Shown: positions 1-10,694 of the stretch, in pieces
How positions within the stretch are numbered: position 1 is the stretch's first letter
Layout of the letters: each line of letters begins with the position of its first letter
NCBI GenBank assembly: GCA_001303125.1
Contig: LJNE01000002.1
Span: 35,564 to 99,563 of the forward strand
Length of the DNA: 64,000 bases
Origin: Parcubacteria bacterium DG_74_1
Lineage (GTDB): Bacteria; Patescibacteriota; Minisyncoccia; Minisyncoccales; DG-74-1
Direction of reading: 5' to 3'
Made by a program: the position numbers and the translations under genes
Notes under the pieces: model-generated
The model's database searches: none
What the model was told of the DNA's origin: nothing
The model's input: the letters and a program-made list of their open reading frames with translations, nothing else

Positions 1-113
<113 letters not shown>

Positions 114-120
114 ATATTTG

Positions 121-551
121 CCCTAGTAAGTTGGGTGATTGCTCTGTAAGATAATCAAAAGATCTCACGGAGAGGAAAGTCCGAACTTCCTCAGGTACTT
201 AACCAAGTACTTGATAAAAAGGTAGCGGCTAACAGCCGTCGGCCGTAAGGCTAGAGGTGCGAAAAGAAACGCTTCTGCCGAAAGGTAAAGAAGTATCCTT
301 CGGGATAATCCTGATGGAAACATCAGGCTGATACGGCTAAATCCTTACTGGAAGCAAGAACAAGCTCCGTTCTTCCTTGCTCAGAGAAAGATCTGAAAGG
401 TTCCAAGAAAGATATAGCTTTTTCGTTTATGGAATCTTGATTTTTTCGCAATGAAAAGGCGGAGGAAAGTAGTTCGCTTGAGCCCAAGAGTAATCTTGAG
501 CCTAGACAGATAATCACTTGAGACAGAATTCGGCTTATAGACTTACTAGGG
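121..551 (+). ncRNA. rnpB: RNase P RNA (bacterial type A-like), M1 RNA
   Basis: Conserved P4 strands GAGGAAAGTCCGAAC (about 172-186) and ACAGAATTCGGCTTATAG (about 520-537) with the compensatory CCGAA/TTCGG change. Terminal P1 helix CCCTAGTAAGT (121-131) pairs with ACTTACTAGGG (541-551). Followed by a T-run. The overlapping 94-aa minus-strand ORF (323..607) is spurious. Confidence 0.9.
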
Positions 552-575
552 CTTTTTATTTTTACCGTAAATATG

Positions 576-1016
576 TTAGAGCAATTTTTGATTTTGAGAT
601 TGACCATTCAGGGCTTCGTTAACCAGTCTATCAGCTGCCTGATTCCTTTGGCGAGAAATCAATTTAAATTTAATTTTCTTAAAATCTAATCTAAGATTCC
701 AGACGGCAATAAATAGAGACTGGATTCTTGGCTCTAAGATTTTATATTCTCCATTTAATTGCTTAATCAATAATTCAGAATCCGACTTCAATTCAATCTC
801 GGAATTCTTGGCCAGTTTTTTGCCAAAGATGGCTTTAAATTTTTTTAGGGCAAGAATTACCGCTTGATATTCGGCTTCATTATTAGTTGTCTCGCCCAAA
901 TACTCTGAGTACTCTTTAATCACCTGATCTCTTTCGTTACAAAAAACAAAACCGACCGCAGCTGGACCCGGATTACCTCTCGAACCGCCGTCAGTGTAAA
1001 TGATTATCTTTTTCAT
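576..1016 (-). CDS. rnhA: Ribonuclease HI
   Basis: IYTDGGSRGNPGPAAVGFV and NNEAEYQAVILAL motifs typical of RNase H type 1. Confidence 0.9.
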   Translation of the reverse strand: MKKIIIYTDGGSRGNPGPAAVGFVFCNERDQVIKEYSEYLGETTNNEAEYQAVILALKKFKAIFGKKLAKNSEIELKSDSELLIKQLNGEYKILEPRIQSLFIAVWNLRLDFKKIKFKLISRQRNQAADRLVNEALNGQSQNQKLL

Positions 1017-1091
1017 ATTATAATTTCTCGCTAATAACTCAGTTTTAAATGAATATGAAGCAAATTTATTTGCTTATTATCTGCTTTTAAC

Positions 1092-2234
1092 TTACTTATA
1101 ATTTACAAGGAGGCACTGCTTAAATTCTTCCAGATTTTCGTTTCCTATTCTAAAACCTGAAGCCTGAGGGTGACCTCCGTAGGTTACTAAATACTTTTGG
1201 CATTTTTTCATCAGAGCTACACTGTCTATTCCTTTCGGAGTTCTAACCGTGCCCTGGGTTTCTTTGTCTAAAATCTTAAAAATGAAAGCTGGTTTTTGAT
1301 ATCGGTGGCAAACAATTGAAGCGACAGAAGAAATCAAAGTAAAGTCCCAGTCAGTATCTCCTTCAAAAATAATAGGGAGACTCTTCTCTTCGATCTTTCT
1401 TTCAATAGCAACGACCATTTCGTCTATCTTTTCTTTCCTAAATCTGTTTTTTAATATTAATTTCTTAATAAGTTTTTGTGATTCTTCTATCGAAGGAGAA
1501 TTTAATAACCTGAAAGAGGCTGGCAAATTATCTTCCACGTCTCTGACGTTCAAAAGAGAGATAATCTTGGAAATTTTTTGACTCAGGCCCCCTCCAAAAT
1601 CAGATGCAAAGGTAAAAAAAGCTTTGATTCCTGGCCGCCATGATTTTTCCAAAGATTTTAACCCTAGGTTTATAAATTCTAAATTCTCATTTTCTTTGGG
1701 CATCATATCAGCAATAGTGGCTAAAGCTGTCAGTTGCAAAAAATTTTCTCTAAGATTATTGGTCATCTGCCTACCCAAAAGAACCTCGGAAAGCTTAAAA
1801 ACGATCCCTGCGTTAGCTAAGCCCTTAAAGGAGTATTTATCTCCTTTTTGTTTTGGGTCAACAATAATTTTTGCCTCAGGTAACTTGTCTAAGATTTCAT
1901 GATGGTCAATAATTATTACTTCAAAACCCAATTTTTTGGCCATTTTTACTTCTTGGAAATTGCCGATCCCCAGATCAAGGGCTATCAATAAAGCAGGGGT
2001 GAATTTTCTCATTTCCTCGAGCCCTTTTTTCGTTATTCCATAGCCTTCAGCCTCTCTATCAGGAAAATAAACAGCGGTAATTTCACCGCCTAAATTTTTA
2101 ATTACCTCTTTTAAAATAATTACTGAAGATACTCCATCTAAGTCGGCATCTCCATAAAGAATAATTCTCTCCTGGTTTTTTATAGCTTTTGAAATCCGGT
2201 CGGCTGTTTTTTTTAGATTCTTAATTTCCGCCAT
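1092..2234 (-). CDS. DHH/DHHA1-family phosphoesterase (RecJ/NrnA-like)
   Basis: DHH motif (VIIIDHHE) and C-terminal DHHA1 motif (GGHPQASGF); stop/start shared with pgk. Confidence 0.8.
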   Translation of the reverse strand: MAEIKNLKKTADRISKAIKNQERIILYGDADLDGVSSVIILKEVIKNLGGEITAVYFPDREAEGYGITKKGLEEMRKFTPALLIALDLGIGNFQEVKMAKKLGFEVIIIDHHEILDKLPEAKIIVDPKQKGDKYSFKGLANAGIVFKLSEVLLGRQMTNNLRENFLQLTALATIADMMPKENENLEFINLGLKSLEKSWRPGIKAFFTFASDFGGGLSQKISKIISLLNVRDVEDNLPASFRLLNSPSIEESQKLIKKLILKNRFRKEKIDEMVVAIERKIEEKSLPIIFEGDTDWDFTLISSVASIVCHRYQKPAFIFKILDKETQGTVRTPKGIDSVALMKKCQKYLVTYGGHPQASGFRIGNENLEEFKQCLLVNYK

Positions 2235-3283
2235 TATTTTAGAGCCTCAATTCCTACTAATTCACCATCAACAATAAAGTCTAGCATAGCGCCGCCACCA
2301 GTGGAAACATGATCAAATTCTTCAGTCAAACCTAATTTATTTATAAATTCGACAGTCTCCCCTCCTCCAATTACTGAGAGATTGTCGCTTTCAATTATGG
2401 CTTTAGCAATAGCTTTGGAACCTTTTTGAAAAGGTTTTTCTTCAATTTTCCCTAAAGGACCATTCCAGAAAATTGTTTTTGCTAGTTTTATTTTTTCTTT
2501 AAAAAGATTAGCGGTCCGGCGATCTATATCAAAAGCGTTGATATTACCAATTGGAGCTATAATCTTTTGAGGATTTTTTAATTTTATTTTTTTCTCTTCT
2601 ATTTCTTTTTTTATTAGGTCTCCAATTAGAACAAACTTAGCCATCTCAGAAATTTTATCAATTAATTTCGTTTTCGTTTCAACCTTTGCTCCGCCAACTA
2701 TCGCAATTAACGGTTTTTGGGGCTTCTTTATTAAATTTGTTAAAACTTTAATTTCTTTTTCTGCCAAAAACCCAATTCCTGAACGTAAATATTTTGGGAT
2801 ACTAACAATTGAGGCTAACTTTCTATGAAACTCGCCAAAAGCTTCATTGATATAAATCTCTCCTAAATTGGCTACTTTCTTGGCAAATTGAAGATTATTT
2901 TTTACTTCTCCTTTATATAATCTTATATTCTCCAAAACAATTATTTCCCCTGGCCTCAGCTTTCCCGTCTCTCTTTCAACCTTTTTACTCAAAATATTAT
3001 TTGGCAAAAATTTAACCTTCTTTTTTAATAACTTCTCCAACCTCGGAATAATTATTTTAGATGAATATTTTTTTCTCTCAGCCGGCGGTTTTTCTAATGG
3101 TCTTCCTAAACGACTCAAGATAATAATTCTTGCTCCTTTTTTTATTAGGTATTCAATGGTGGGAACTGTTTGTCTGATCCTAAAATCATCCAAAATATTC
3201 CCCCTCTCATCGAGGGGAACATTAAAGTCGCAACGAACCAAAACTTTTTTCCCTTTAAAATGAAAATCTTTTAATGTTTTCAT
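2234..3283 (-). CDS. pgk: Phosphoglycerate kinase (compact form)
   Basis: N-terminal VLVRCDFNVPLD, FGEFHRKLAS, IVGGAKV, STGGGAMLDF motifs. Confidence 0.85.
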   Translation of the reverse strand: MKTLKDFHFKGKKVLVRCDFNVPLDERGNILDDFRIRQTVPTIEYLIKKGARIIILSRLGRPLEKPPAERKKYSSKIIIPRLEKLLKKKVKFLPNNILSKKVERETGKLRPGEIIVLENIRLYKGEVKNNLQFAKKVANLGEIYINEAFGEFHRKLASIVSIPKYLRSGIGFLAEKEIKVLTNLIKKPQKPLIAIVGGAKVETKTKLIDKISEMAKFVLIGDLIKKEIEEKKIKLKNPQKIIAPIGNINAFDIDRRTANLFKEKIKLAKTIFWNGPLGKIEEKPFQKGSKAIAKAIIESDNLSVIGGGETVEFINKLGLTEEFDHVSTGGGAMLDFIVDGELVGIEALK

Positions 3284-3289
3284 TCTTTT

Positions 3290-4936
3290 TTAGTCCTCAG
3301 GTTTCTTTAGTGCTTCTTCTAAAACTTTTTTCAATTCTTCAATCTTAACTTCTTTTCGTTTCGGTCTTTCCGGCCTCTCCTTCTCTTTCTTGGTCGGAGA
3401 AAAAGAGACCGGTTTTTCTCTTACAGCTTTTTCTAAAGAGATGGTCGGAGATTCTTCTGCTATTTTTAATGGTCTGGCTATTGTTTTGTCTTTTTCTATT
3501 TTTTTTAGACAAGGTTTGCAATAAACCGGCCGCTTACCATCGGGTGGAAAGACCACCTTGGTCCACTTCCCGCATAAGGCGCACTGGGCATCATATAAAA
3601 CGGTGGAATCCGGCTTGGTTTCGGTTGGCAGCTTCAAGGTTCCTGTCCATTTATTGATTTTTTCCTCAATAATTTTTCTTTGGATGCCGTATCTTTCCCG
3701 AGAAACCTTGATAATTTTTTCCCGACTGGATTTTTCTGGTATCGGAGTGGGCGGTAGGGTTTCAGCTGAAAAGGGCCGGCCGGCCAATCCGTTAATCATT
3801 AACTTCAAATAGGTATTATATTTCCCCAAATTTACCAAATCGTCAATTGTAAATTCAGGGATAAATTCTTTCTCTAAAAATTCAGCGTCCTCAGCCCCTA
3901 CCCGAAAACAAATTATAGTCCCGACGTTGCCAAAAACTGCGTCTCTGACCTTGGTGGACCTGCCCGCCGCTGTCATTTCTTCTAATTGGCCCAGATATTG
4001 ATTAGCTAAAGTCAGGCAGAGCCGATATTTTCTAGCTTCAGACAAAATATTAATAAAAGCGTCGGTAGCGAAATTTTGAAACTCATCAACATATAAATAA
4101 AAATCTTTTCTTTTCTCCTCGGGAGTATCAACCCGAGACATAGCTGCTAATTGAAGCTTGGTAATAACCAAAGCCCCCAATAATCTGGAGTTATCTTCGC
4201 CTATTCTGCCTTTGGAAATATTAGCGATTAAGATTTTGCCCTCATCCATCACCTTTCTCATGTCAATAGATGATTTGACTTGGCCGATAATATTTCGGAC
4301 TAAAGGATTGGAAATAAATTGACCGACTTTGTTTTGGATGGCGGCCGTAGCTTCCGTTTCCAACCGCTGGGTGTATCGGGCAAACTCATTAACCCAAAAG
4401 GATTTGACCATCGGATCGCTTATTCTCTCCACTACCTTTCTACGATAGTCGGGATCGGCCAGCATTCGATTAATTCCTAGAAGCGTTGAACCGGGATATT
4501 CCAAAAGGGCCAAAATGGCATTATTCAAAATATATTCCATCCGGGCTGACCAAACATCAGGCCAAATTTTTTTAAAGACGCCCATCAGCCCTGAGGCAAC
4601 CAAATGGTGATATTCAGGATCAACTTTTTCCATAACATTAAAGGTCAGCGGATACTCCAAATCAGCCGGATTAAAATAGACAACATCGTTAACCCTGCTT
4701 GAGGGAACGAAGTCCAGTAATCTTTCGGCTGCCTCGCCATGAGGATCAACAAAGCCAATGCCTCTGCCCTGTTCAATATCCTGAATAGCCATATTTAAAA
4801 CCATTTCGGTTTTGCCCATACCGGTCTTCCCAACAACATAAACATGCCTCCTTCTGTCATCGGCCTTAATTCCAAATTTCTTTCTTTGATTCCGAAAGGT
4901 GGTTAGTCCGAAAAAATTAATTTCGCTATTTGACAT
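3290..4936 (-). CDS. FtsK/HerA/TraD-superfamily P-loop ATPase (DUF87/AAA_10-like) with C-terminal CxxC...CxxC zinc ribbon and a Lys/Glu-rich tail
   Basis: Walker A VVGKTGMGKTE, Walker B YLYVDEFQNF, zinc ribbon CALCGKWTKVVFPPDGKRPVYCKPC; no TM segment. Confidence 0.7.
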   Translation of the reverse strand: MSNSEINFFGLTTFRNQRKKFGIKADDRRRHVYVVGKTGMGKTEMVLNMAIQDIEQGRGIGFVDPHGEAAERLLDFVPSSRVNDVVYFNPADLEYPLTFNVMEKVDPEYHHLVASGLMGVFKKIWPDVWSARMEYILNNAILALLEYPGSTLLGINRMLADPDYRRKVVERISDPMVKSFWVNEFARYTQRLETEATAAIQNKVGQFISNPLVRNIIGQVKSSIDMRKVMDEGKILIANISKGRIGEDNSRLLGALVITKLQLAAMSRVDTPEEKRKDFYLYVDEFQNFATDAFINILSEARKYRLCLTLANQYLGQLEEMTAAGRSTKVRDAVFGNVGTIICFRVGAEDAEFLEKEFIPEFTIDDLVNLGKYNTYLKLMINGLAGRPFSAETLPPTPIPEKSSREKIIKVSRERYGIQRKIIEEKINKWTGTLKLPTETKPDSTVLYDAQCALCGKWTKVVFPPDGKRPVYCKPCLKKIEKDKTIARPLKIAEESPTISLEKAVREKPVSFSPTKKEKERPERPKRKEVKIEELKKVLEEALKKPED

Positions 4937-4948
4937 ATTTTATACACT

Positions 4949-6232
4949 TTATTCAACTGGCAGCTCCGTGGGCGGCCCGCCCTTTTTGGCCTCAACACGA
5001 GGAACTCCCCGGGCCGGAGCGACGATTTCGCCGGGGAAGTGATACAAAGTAGCCAGCTCTTCCGTGTTCAAGACATAAGTTCCTCCGACTCTCGGAAAGA
5101 GAGTCGCCAACCTCTCCGTATAATATCTTAATAATCTCCGCTGCCTAAGATAATATCTTCTTTTATCAAGGAACCACCAGGGAACTGATTTCACTTTGGT
5201 CATCGTTTTTGTCCAAGGTTTCAAGCCGCCTAAGTTTTCCGTAGAAACTTCTTTAAAGAAACCAAAACCAATTTTGGTAGTCGGTTTAAAAAAGACATCT
5301 CTCTTCCCTAAGTAAATAAATCGGCAATTGCAGTCATAGCCGAATTTGGCTAATTTTGCCTCAACTGCCGCCAGCACCTCTCTTTCTCCGGGAGTAAGCT
5401 TAAATTCCGGAGGAATAATTTCCTCTTTTTTTTCTTCTTTTTCTTCCGCTTTGCCAAAAACTAGGATCTCAGTGGCTTCTTGAATCATTGGTTTTGGTTT
5501 TTCCTCGGCTGGTCTCTTGGCCAATTTATCAACTAATTCTTTCCCTTTTTGCTGCCAGGGTTTGTCTCTACCCAGAACCGGTTTAGCTATAATCTGAACC
5601 CAAAACTGTTCACCCGGTCTTAAGGTAGTCAACCCTTCTAAAAGATTAGCCAAAGGGTCAATTCTTTTTTCTTCCAGGGGTTCTTTCTCTGTTTCAAATT
5701 TAGGATAAGTTCTGATCGGATAAATTTCGTCTTTAGGGTTGATATAGTCAACCCCGTAAAGATCCCATTCTTTATTGGGAATATCGTGAGGAACGGATTT
5801 GGTATAATCATCAACTAAAGAAACTTCTGCCTCCGGATATTGAGAATAAATGTTTGACTCGATAAAAGTACGCCACATCGCCGGACCTCTAATATAAAAA
5901 TGAATTTCGCCGCCATTACTGACAATCTCAAGAGATAAGCTTAATTGAAATACTCCTTCTATCCAAGTTTCCCTCCAAGTGGCAATATCATGAATCCCAT
6001 GCAAATCAGCAAAGACCTGATCCATGGCGCTAATCGGTTTCAGTACATCCTTGGGTAATTTTATCTCAAGAAGAATCCTCTTTACGGTCGCATCCCATCT
6101 CTCCTGAATAAAGTAACGATAAAGATATTTCGCCGGTCGAAAAAGAACTAAAAACAAAAAAAGCCACCACCAGGCCTGAATGAATTGCCAGACGTAAGAA
6201 AAAATTAAAGATACTGTTGGCTCCTCCAGCAT
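4949..6232 (-). CDS. Hypothetical membrane-anchored protein (single N-terminal TM helix, large soluble domain); partner of the ATPase
   Basis: N-terminal hydrophobic WWWLFLFLVLF segment; no recognisable catalytic motifs; 12-nt gap to the ATPase gene. Confidence 0.6.
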   Translation of the reverse strand: MLEEPTVSLIFSYVWQFIQAWWWLFLFLVLFRPAKYLYRYFIQERWDATVKRILLEIKLPKDVLKPISAMDQVFADLHGIHDIATWRETWIEGVFQLSLSLEIVSNGGEIHFYIRGPAMWRTFIESNIYSQYPEAEVSLVDDYTKSVPHDIPNKEWDLYGVDYINPKDEIYPIRTYPKFETEKEPLEEKRIDPLANLLEGLTTLRPGEQFWVQIIAKPVLGRDKPWQQKGKELVDKLAKRPAEEKPKPMIQEATEILVFGKAEEKEEKKEEIIPPEFKLTPGEREVLAAVEAKLAKFGYDCNCRFIYLGKRDVFFKPTTKIGFGFFKEVSTENLGGLKPWTKTMTKVKSVPWWFLDKRRYYLRQRRLLRYYTERLATLFPRVGGTYVLNTEELATLYHFPGEIVAPARGVPRVEAKKGGPPTELPVE

Positions 6233-6240
6233 TTTTAACC

Positions 6241-7206
6241 TTATATTTCTAATGCTTTATACTTTCCTTGAGAGTCCCTTAAAAAATTTTTCTTATTGTT
6301 CAAATTAAGTAAGATGGTATTTTCTTTTACCATTCTTTGCCTTGAAACTCTCTTTATAATCTCACCTTGGGTTAAGGGGCCGTTTTCTCTTAAAGTTTTG
6401 GCAATAACATCCCTCACCTGACCTGGCTCATAGCCCCACTCTTTTAAAGCATAAATTCCCCGGCCAACTAAAACAAATCTCGGATCTTTAATTAATTCAT
6501 TATGAACAGTCTGAACCAGGGCTCCTTCAATCGATTTGGCTACCTCATTAAAATGAAGAGGCTTACCGATTTTCTTAAAAACCAAATAAGCCTTGTCTTT
6601 TATTCCTCTTGGATTAATTTCCGGCCAACCTTTTAGACCGTAAAGACCTTCTGAATTTTTCAGAAATTTTTTGGAAATCTCTAAATAACTAGGTAGGAAT
6701 TTAAAATTAGAAAAGGAAGCCAATCCTTTTAGACCAAGCGGTTTACCGGCTTTCTTAAATTTACGGTAAATATTGCCAATAATATTTTTAAGGGAATCTA
6801 AGGGTTTTCTGTCAATCGACCAGAAAGAATAGAGATCTACACTCTCGCTAAACCTCTCAAAATCATCGCTGACTGTCAGAAGAAAATAAACCTGAGGCTG
6901 ATATCTTTTACCACCTAGTTCTTTTAATAAAATTTCTTCTTTTTTTAATCCACCGCAATTTTTAAAATATTGCTTGAAATACTGAAAAACATTTTGGTAG
7001 ACGATAATCTTTGGCTTTATTTTCAAAAAACCGTCTTCTTCAATCTGACGGACTCTTTCCCTGGTAATGCCGAAGTCTTTGCCGATGCCTTCCAGGGTTT
7101 CTTTTTCGCTCCCCTTCAAACCGAAGCGGCGCAAAAGAATTTCTTTTTGTTTCTGAGGTAAATCATTAAGCAACTCCTGACAAATTTTTTGATAGTTCAA
7201 AGTCAT
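6241..7206 (-). CDS. DNA-binding protein with N-terminal sigma-70 region-4 HTH and C-terminal HARE-HTH domain
   Basis: N-terminus LEGIGKDFGITRERVRQIEEDGFLKI resembles sigma70 r4. C-terminus KPLHFNEVAKSIE...DPRFVLVGRGIYALKEWGY matches the HARE-HTH pattern of RNA polymerase delta and restriction-associated proteins. Confidence 0.6.
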   Translation of the reverse strand: MTLNYQKICQELLNDLPQKQKEILLRRFGLKGSEKETLEGIGKDFGITRERVRQIEEDGFLKIKPKIIVYQNVFQYFKQYFKNCGGLKKEEILLKELGGKRYQPQVYFLLTVSDDFERFSESVDLYSFWSIDRKPLDSLKNIIGNIYRKFKKAGKPLGLKGLASFSNFKFLPSYLEISKKFLKNSEGLYGLKGWPEINPRGIKDKAYLVFKKIGKPLHFNEVAKSIEGALVQTVHNELIKDPRFVLVGRGIYALKEWGYEPGQVRDVIAKTLRENGPLTQGEIIKRVSRQRMVKENTILLNLNNKKNFLRDSQGKYKALEI

Positions 7207-7248
7207 ATTATTTATTTAACCATTTTTAAGAAATATAGTCAAGCTTTT

Positions 7249-8136
7249 TTATTTCCGACGCCTCTCCAGCCAAGTCACTAAAACCGGGCTAACCAAAAAT
7301 AAAGAAGAATAAGTGCCTGCAATTATTCCTAAGATTAAAACCAAAGCGAAATATTTCAAACTTTCTCCGCCTAAAAAGAAAATGGCTATTAAAACAAAAA
7401 GGGTAGTTAAAGAGGTATTAAGACAGCGTGCCAAGGTCTGATTCAAAGATCTGTCTACGGTCTCGACGAAGGTGTCGCCAATTCTTTTTAATAAATTTTC
7501 TCTAATTCTGTCGAAAACTACTACCGTGTTGTTAATTGAATATCCTAAAATCATAAGGAAAGCAACAACAACCGGAATAGTAATCTGAATACCGTAGTAT
7601 TCTCCTAAAATTGCTAAAATACCTATCGGGATTAGAACATCATGAAAAAGAGCCAAAAGAGAGGCTAAACCATATTGCCAGGAACTAATCGGTCTTTGGA
7701 TCTTCCGGAAACTAAAAGCAATATATAGGACTATGGCCAAAAGAGACAAGATTACTACAATTGTTGTTTTTTCTCTCAGTTCTCGGCCAATTATCGGGCC
7801 AATCAATTCAAAACGTAGCTCCTCTGCCTGGTGACTCTCTTTTAGAATTTCCAGGACTCGCTGGTGAGTTTCTCCATCAATCTCTTGCATCCTGATAAGT
7901 AATCCGTTAGAGTCGGTTGGTTGAATAGAAAGCGGTCCAACGAGACCGTCTAGAGTTTCTCTGACCGCCTCGACAGCAGGCCGCTCGCCCTCATATTTAA
8001 TCTCTAAAATACTTCCTCCGGTAAAATCAATACCCGGCTTCAAACCAAAAACACCAAGGCAAACAAAACTTCCTAAAATCAAAATTCCGGATAGGATGAA
8101 ATAAATTTTGCGATACTTGAGAAAAGGGACATTCAT
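7249..8136 (-). CDS. secF: Protein translocase subunit SecF
   Basis: [16 protein letters not shown] and the SecF membrane topology pattern. Confidence 0.85.
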   Translation of the reverse strand: MNVPFLKYRKIYFILSGILILGSFVCLGVFGLKPGIDFTGGSILEIKYEGERPAVEAVRETLDGLVGPLSIQPTDSNGLLIRMQEIDGETHQRVLEILKESHQAEELRFELIGPIIGRELREKTTIVVILSLLAIVLYIAFSFRKIQRPISSWQYGLASLLALFHDVLIPIGILAILGEYYGIQITIPVVVAFLMILGYSINNTVVVFDRIRENLLKRIGDTFVETVDRSLNQTLARCLNTSLTTLFVLIAIFFLGGESLKYFALVLILGIIAGTYSSLFLVSPVLVTWLERRRK

Positions 8137-9308
8137 AACAATCTCAACAATTTTTTAGTTTTATCAGTTTTCTCCCAGGTGAATTCCGGGTCTTTCCTAC
8201 CAAAATGGCCAAAAATTGAAGTCTTTCGATAGATTGGCCGAAGCAAATTCAGCTCTCTAATAATCCCGCCCGGCGATAAATCAAAAACCTGAGAAATAAT
8301 TTTTAATAATCTTTCTTCCGAAACTTTAGCTGCCTGCCCTGGGCTTTGTCGAATGGTACCAAGGGTATCGATATCAAATTCAATTGGTTTAAAACCGCCG
8401 ATTACATAAGACATTCTAACTTGACATTTCTCAGCTAAACCTGAAGCCACGATATTTTTAGCAATGTATCTTGCCATATAAGCGGCTGATCTGTCTACTT
8501 TGGTCGGATCTTTGCCGGAAAATGAGCCCCCGCCAGCTGGAAAGCCGACGCCGTAATTGTCAACTATAATTTTACGACCTGACATACCGGTATCGGAAAC
8601 CGGGCCACAGACAACAAAACGGCCGGTATTGTTGATATAATATTTAGTTTTTCTATCCAAAAATCTCCGGCAAACCGGTTTAATGACTTTTTCAATAATA
8701 TCCTTTCTTAGTCGAGAAAGAGAGATATTAGGGTCATGACTTGCCGCAATAACTACATTGGTCAATCTTTTAGCAACTCCTTTTTCATACTCTAATGTCA
8801 CTTGCGATTTCCCGTCTGGCCTTAAATAAGAGAGGGTTTCTTTTTTTCTGACCTCGGCCAATTTCATTACCAGTTTATGGGCCAACATTATTGGCAAAGG
8901 CATCAATTCTGGAGTTTCTTTGCAGGCATAACCAAGGGAGCTTCCCTGGTCGCCGGCGCCCTGTTTCTTCCCTCCGGTCTTTCTCACTCCTCGAGCAATA
9001 TCCGAAGATTGTCCAGAAATGGTGTTTAAAACCGCCACTGTTCGCCAATCAAAACCATATTCCGGCTTGATATAGCCGGCATCTCTGATGACTTCTCTGA
9101 CTAAATTATTAATATCAACCCAGGTTTTAGTAGTAATTTCTCCACCAACAATGACATATCCTTTGCTGACAAAAACCTCAGCAGCCACCCGAGCATATTT
9201 GTCGTCTCTCAAAATAGCGTCTAAGATGGCGTCAGCAATAGCGTCGGCCAGTTTATCAGGATGTCCGGGAGCAACTGATTCAGCCGTTAAAAATTTTTTT
9301 ACCCCCAT
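8133..9308 (-). CDS. metK: S-adenosylmethionine synthetase
   Basis: N-terminal [43 protein letters not shown] motif. Confidence 0.9.
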   Translation of the reverse strand: MGVKKFLTAESVAPGHPDKLADAIADAILDAILRDDKYARVAAEVFVSKGYVIVGGEITTKTWVDINNLVREVIRDAGYIKPEYGFDWRTVAVLNTISGQSSDIARGVRKTGGKKQGAGDQGSSLGYACKETPELMPLPIMLAHKLVMKLAEVRKKETLSYLRPDGKSQVTLEYEKGVAKRLTNVVIAASHDPNISLSRLRKDIIEKVIKPVCRRFLDRKTKYYINNTGRFVVCGPVSDTGMSGRKIIVDNYGVGFPAGGGSFSGKDPTKVDRSAAYMARYIAKNIVASGLAEKCQVRMSYVIGGFKPIEFDIDTLGTIRQSPGQAAKVSEERLLKIISQVFDLSPGGIIRELNLLRPIYRKTSIFGHFGRKDPEFTWEKTDKTKKLLRLL

Positions 9309-10642
9309 AATAGTTTGATTTTCTCAAGTCTTGTGGCAACAAAAAATCTGAGAAAATTTTTAGTGATAATAATCGCTGAAAACATGGAAATCAAAATTCC
9401 CAAGCTCAAGGTGGTGGCGAATCCTTTAATAAAGCTAGTGCCAAAACCAAATAAAATGGCTGCCACAATCAGAGTAGTCAGGTTGCCGTCTCTGATTGCC
9501 GGCCAAGCCCGATTGAACCCCTCTTCTAAGCTTTGAGGAAAATTTTTCCCGCTGCGTAGTTCTTCTCTTATTCTTGAAAAAATTAAGATATTAGCGTCAA
9601 TAGCCATGCCAATCGATAAAATAAAACCACCTATACCAGCTAACGTCAAAGTCACCGGTATTAATTTAAATACACTTAAAACCAGAGCAACATAAATTGC
9701 CAAGGACAGGCTAGCTAAAAATCCCGGCAATCTATAAAAGAGAATAATAAATATAATTATCGCCAAAAAACCGATAAAACCCGCTTTCAGGCTTTGATCC
9801 AAAGAAATCTTGCCCAAGGTCGGCCCGACTGACTGCTGGGAAATTAAGGTTATGGGTGCGGGCAGAGCGCCAGCATTTAAATTTCTCGCCAAAGCCCTAG
9901 CTTCTTCTGCGGTGAAATTGCCGGTAATTTGGGCTTTTCCGCCGCTAATTTTATCTTGTACGACTGGTTGGGAAATGGGTATGTTATCAATGTAGATGGC
10001 TAAAATTTTCCCAATATTTTTTTCAGTCAATGCCTCAAAAATTTTCGCGCCTTCTGAATCAAACTCAAGCAAAACCAAGGACTGATAGGTTACCTTGTCA
10101 AAAGCAACCTCAGCTTTTCTTAAATATTTTCCAGTCAAAGCAGTTGACTTAAAATAAGGATCTTCAAAGGCCAGTTGCCAATCGGGAATTTCAAAAATTT
10201 CTTCCGATGTCTTGTCTTTCAGTTCTTCATATCTTGAAAGGATCGCTTGGGTCTCCTCTTCGCTCCTCTCTTCTTTAAACTCTAGAAACGGGGTTTTGCC
10301 AATTTCTTCAACAGCTTCAGCCGGATCAATAACGCCAGCCAACTCAACGATTAATCTTTCTTCTTGAATTTGAACAACTGGTTCTCTAACTCCAAAAAGA
10401 TTAACCCTTCTTTCTATTACATCTCTCAGTCCAGCCATAGTCTCCGTCCTTTCTCCCTCTGGGATTGCCGAAAGATCGGCTTCGTAAAGAAGGTGGACCC
10501 CTCCTTGAAGATCTAGGCCTAATTTGAAATCCTTTTTTGGAAGATAGGCAATTTTAAAAAACTCTGGATAGACAAAATTACCAGCTAAAAAAGCTAAAAT
10601 GAAAACAATAACAACAATAATATAAGTTTTTCTCTTTCTCAT
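9299..10642 (-). CDS. secD: Protein translocase subunit SecD
   Basis: [18 protein letters not shown] and the C-terminal SecD/F membrane domain. Confidence 0.85.
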   Translation of the reverse strand: MRKRKTYIIVVIVFILAFLAGNFVYPEFFKIAYLPKKDFKLGLDLQGGVHLLYEADLSAIPEGERTETMAGLRDVIERRVNLFGVREPVVQIQEERLIVELAGVIDPAEAVEEIGKTPFLEFKEERSEEETQAILSRYEELKDKTSEEIFEIPDWQLAFEDPYFKSTALTGKYLRKAEVAFDKVTYQSLVLLEFDSEGAKIFEALTEKNIGKILAIYIDNIPISQPVVQDKISGGKAQITGNFTAEEARALARNLNAGALPAPITLISQQSVGPTLGKISLDQSLKAGFIGFLAIIIFIILFYRLPGFLASLSLAIYVALVLSVFKLIPVTLTLAGIGGFILSIGMAIDANILIFSRIREELRSGKNFPQSLEEGFNRAWPAIRDGNLTTLIVAAILFGFGTSFIKGFATTLSLGILISMFSAIIITKNFLRFFVATRLEKIKLLWG

Positions 10643-10694
10643 AAAAACTTTTCCTTATTTTAATATAAAGCCTTCAAAAGTCAAAGCTGGTTCA

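Noticed and set aside
323-607. 94-aa minus-strand ORF from the six-frame track
   Set aside because: It lies entirely within the RNase P RNA gene; low-complexity translation; spurious.
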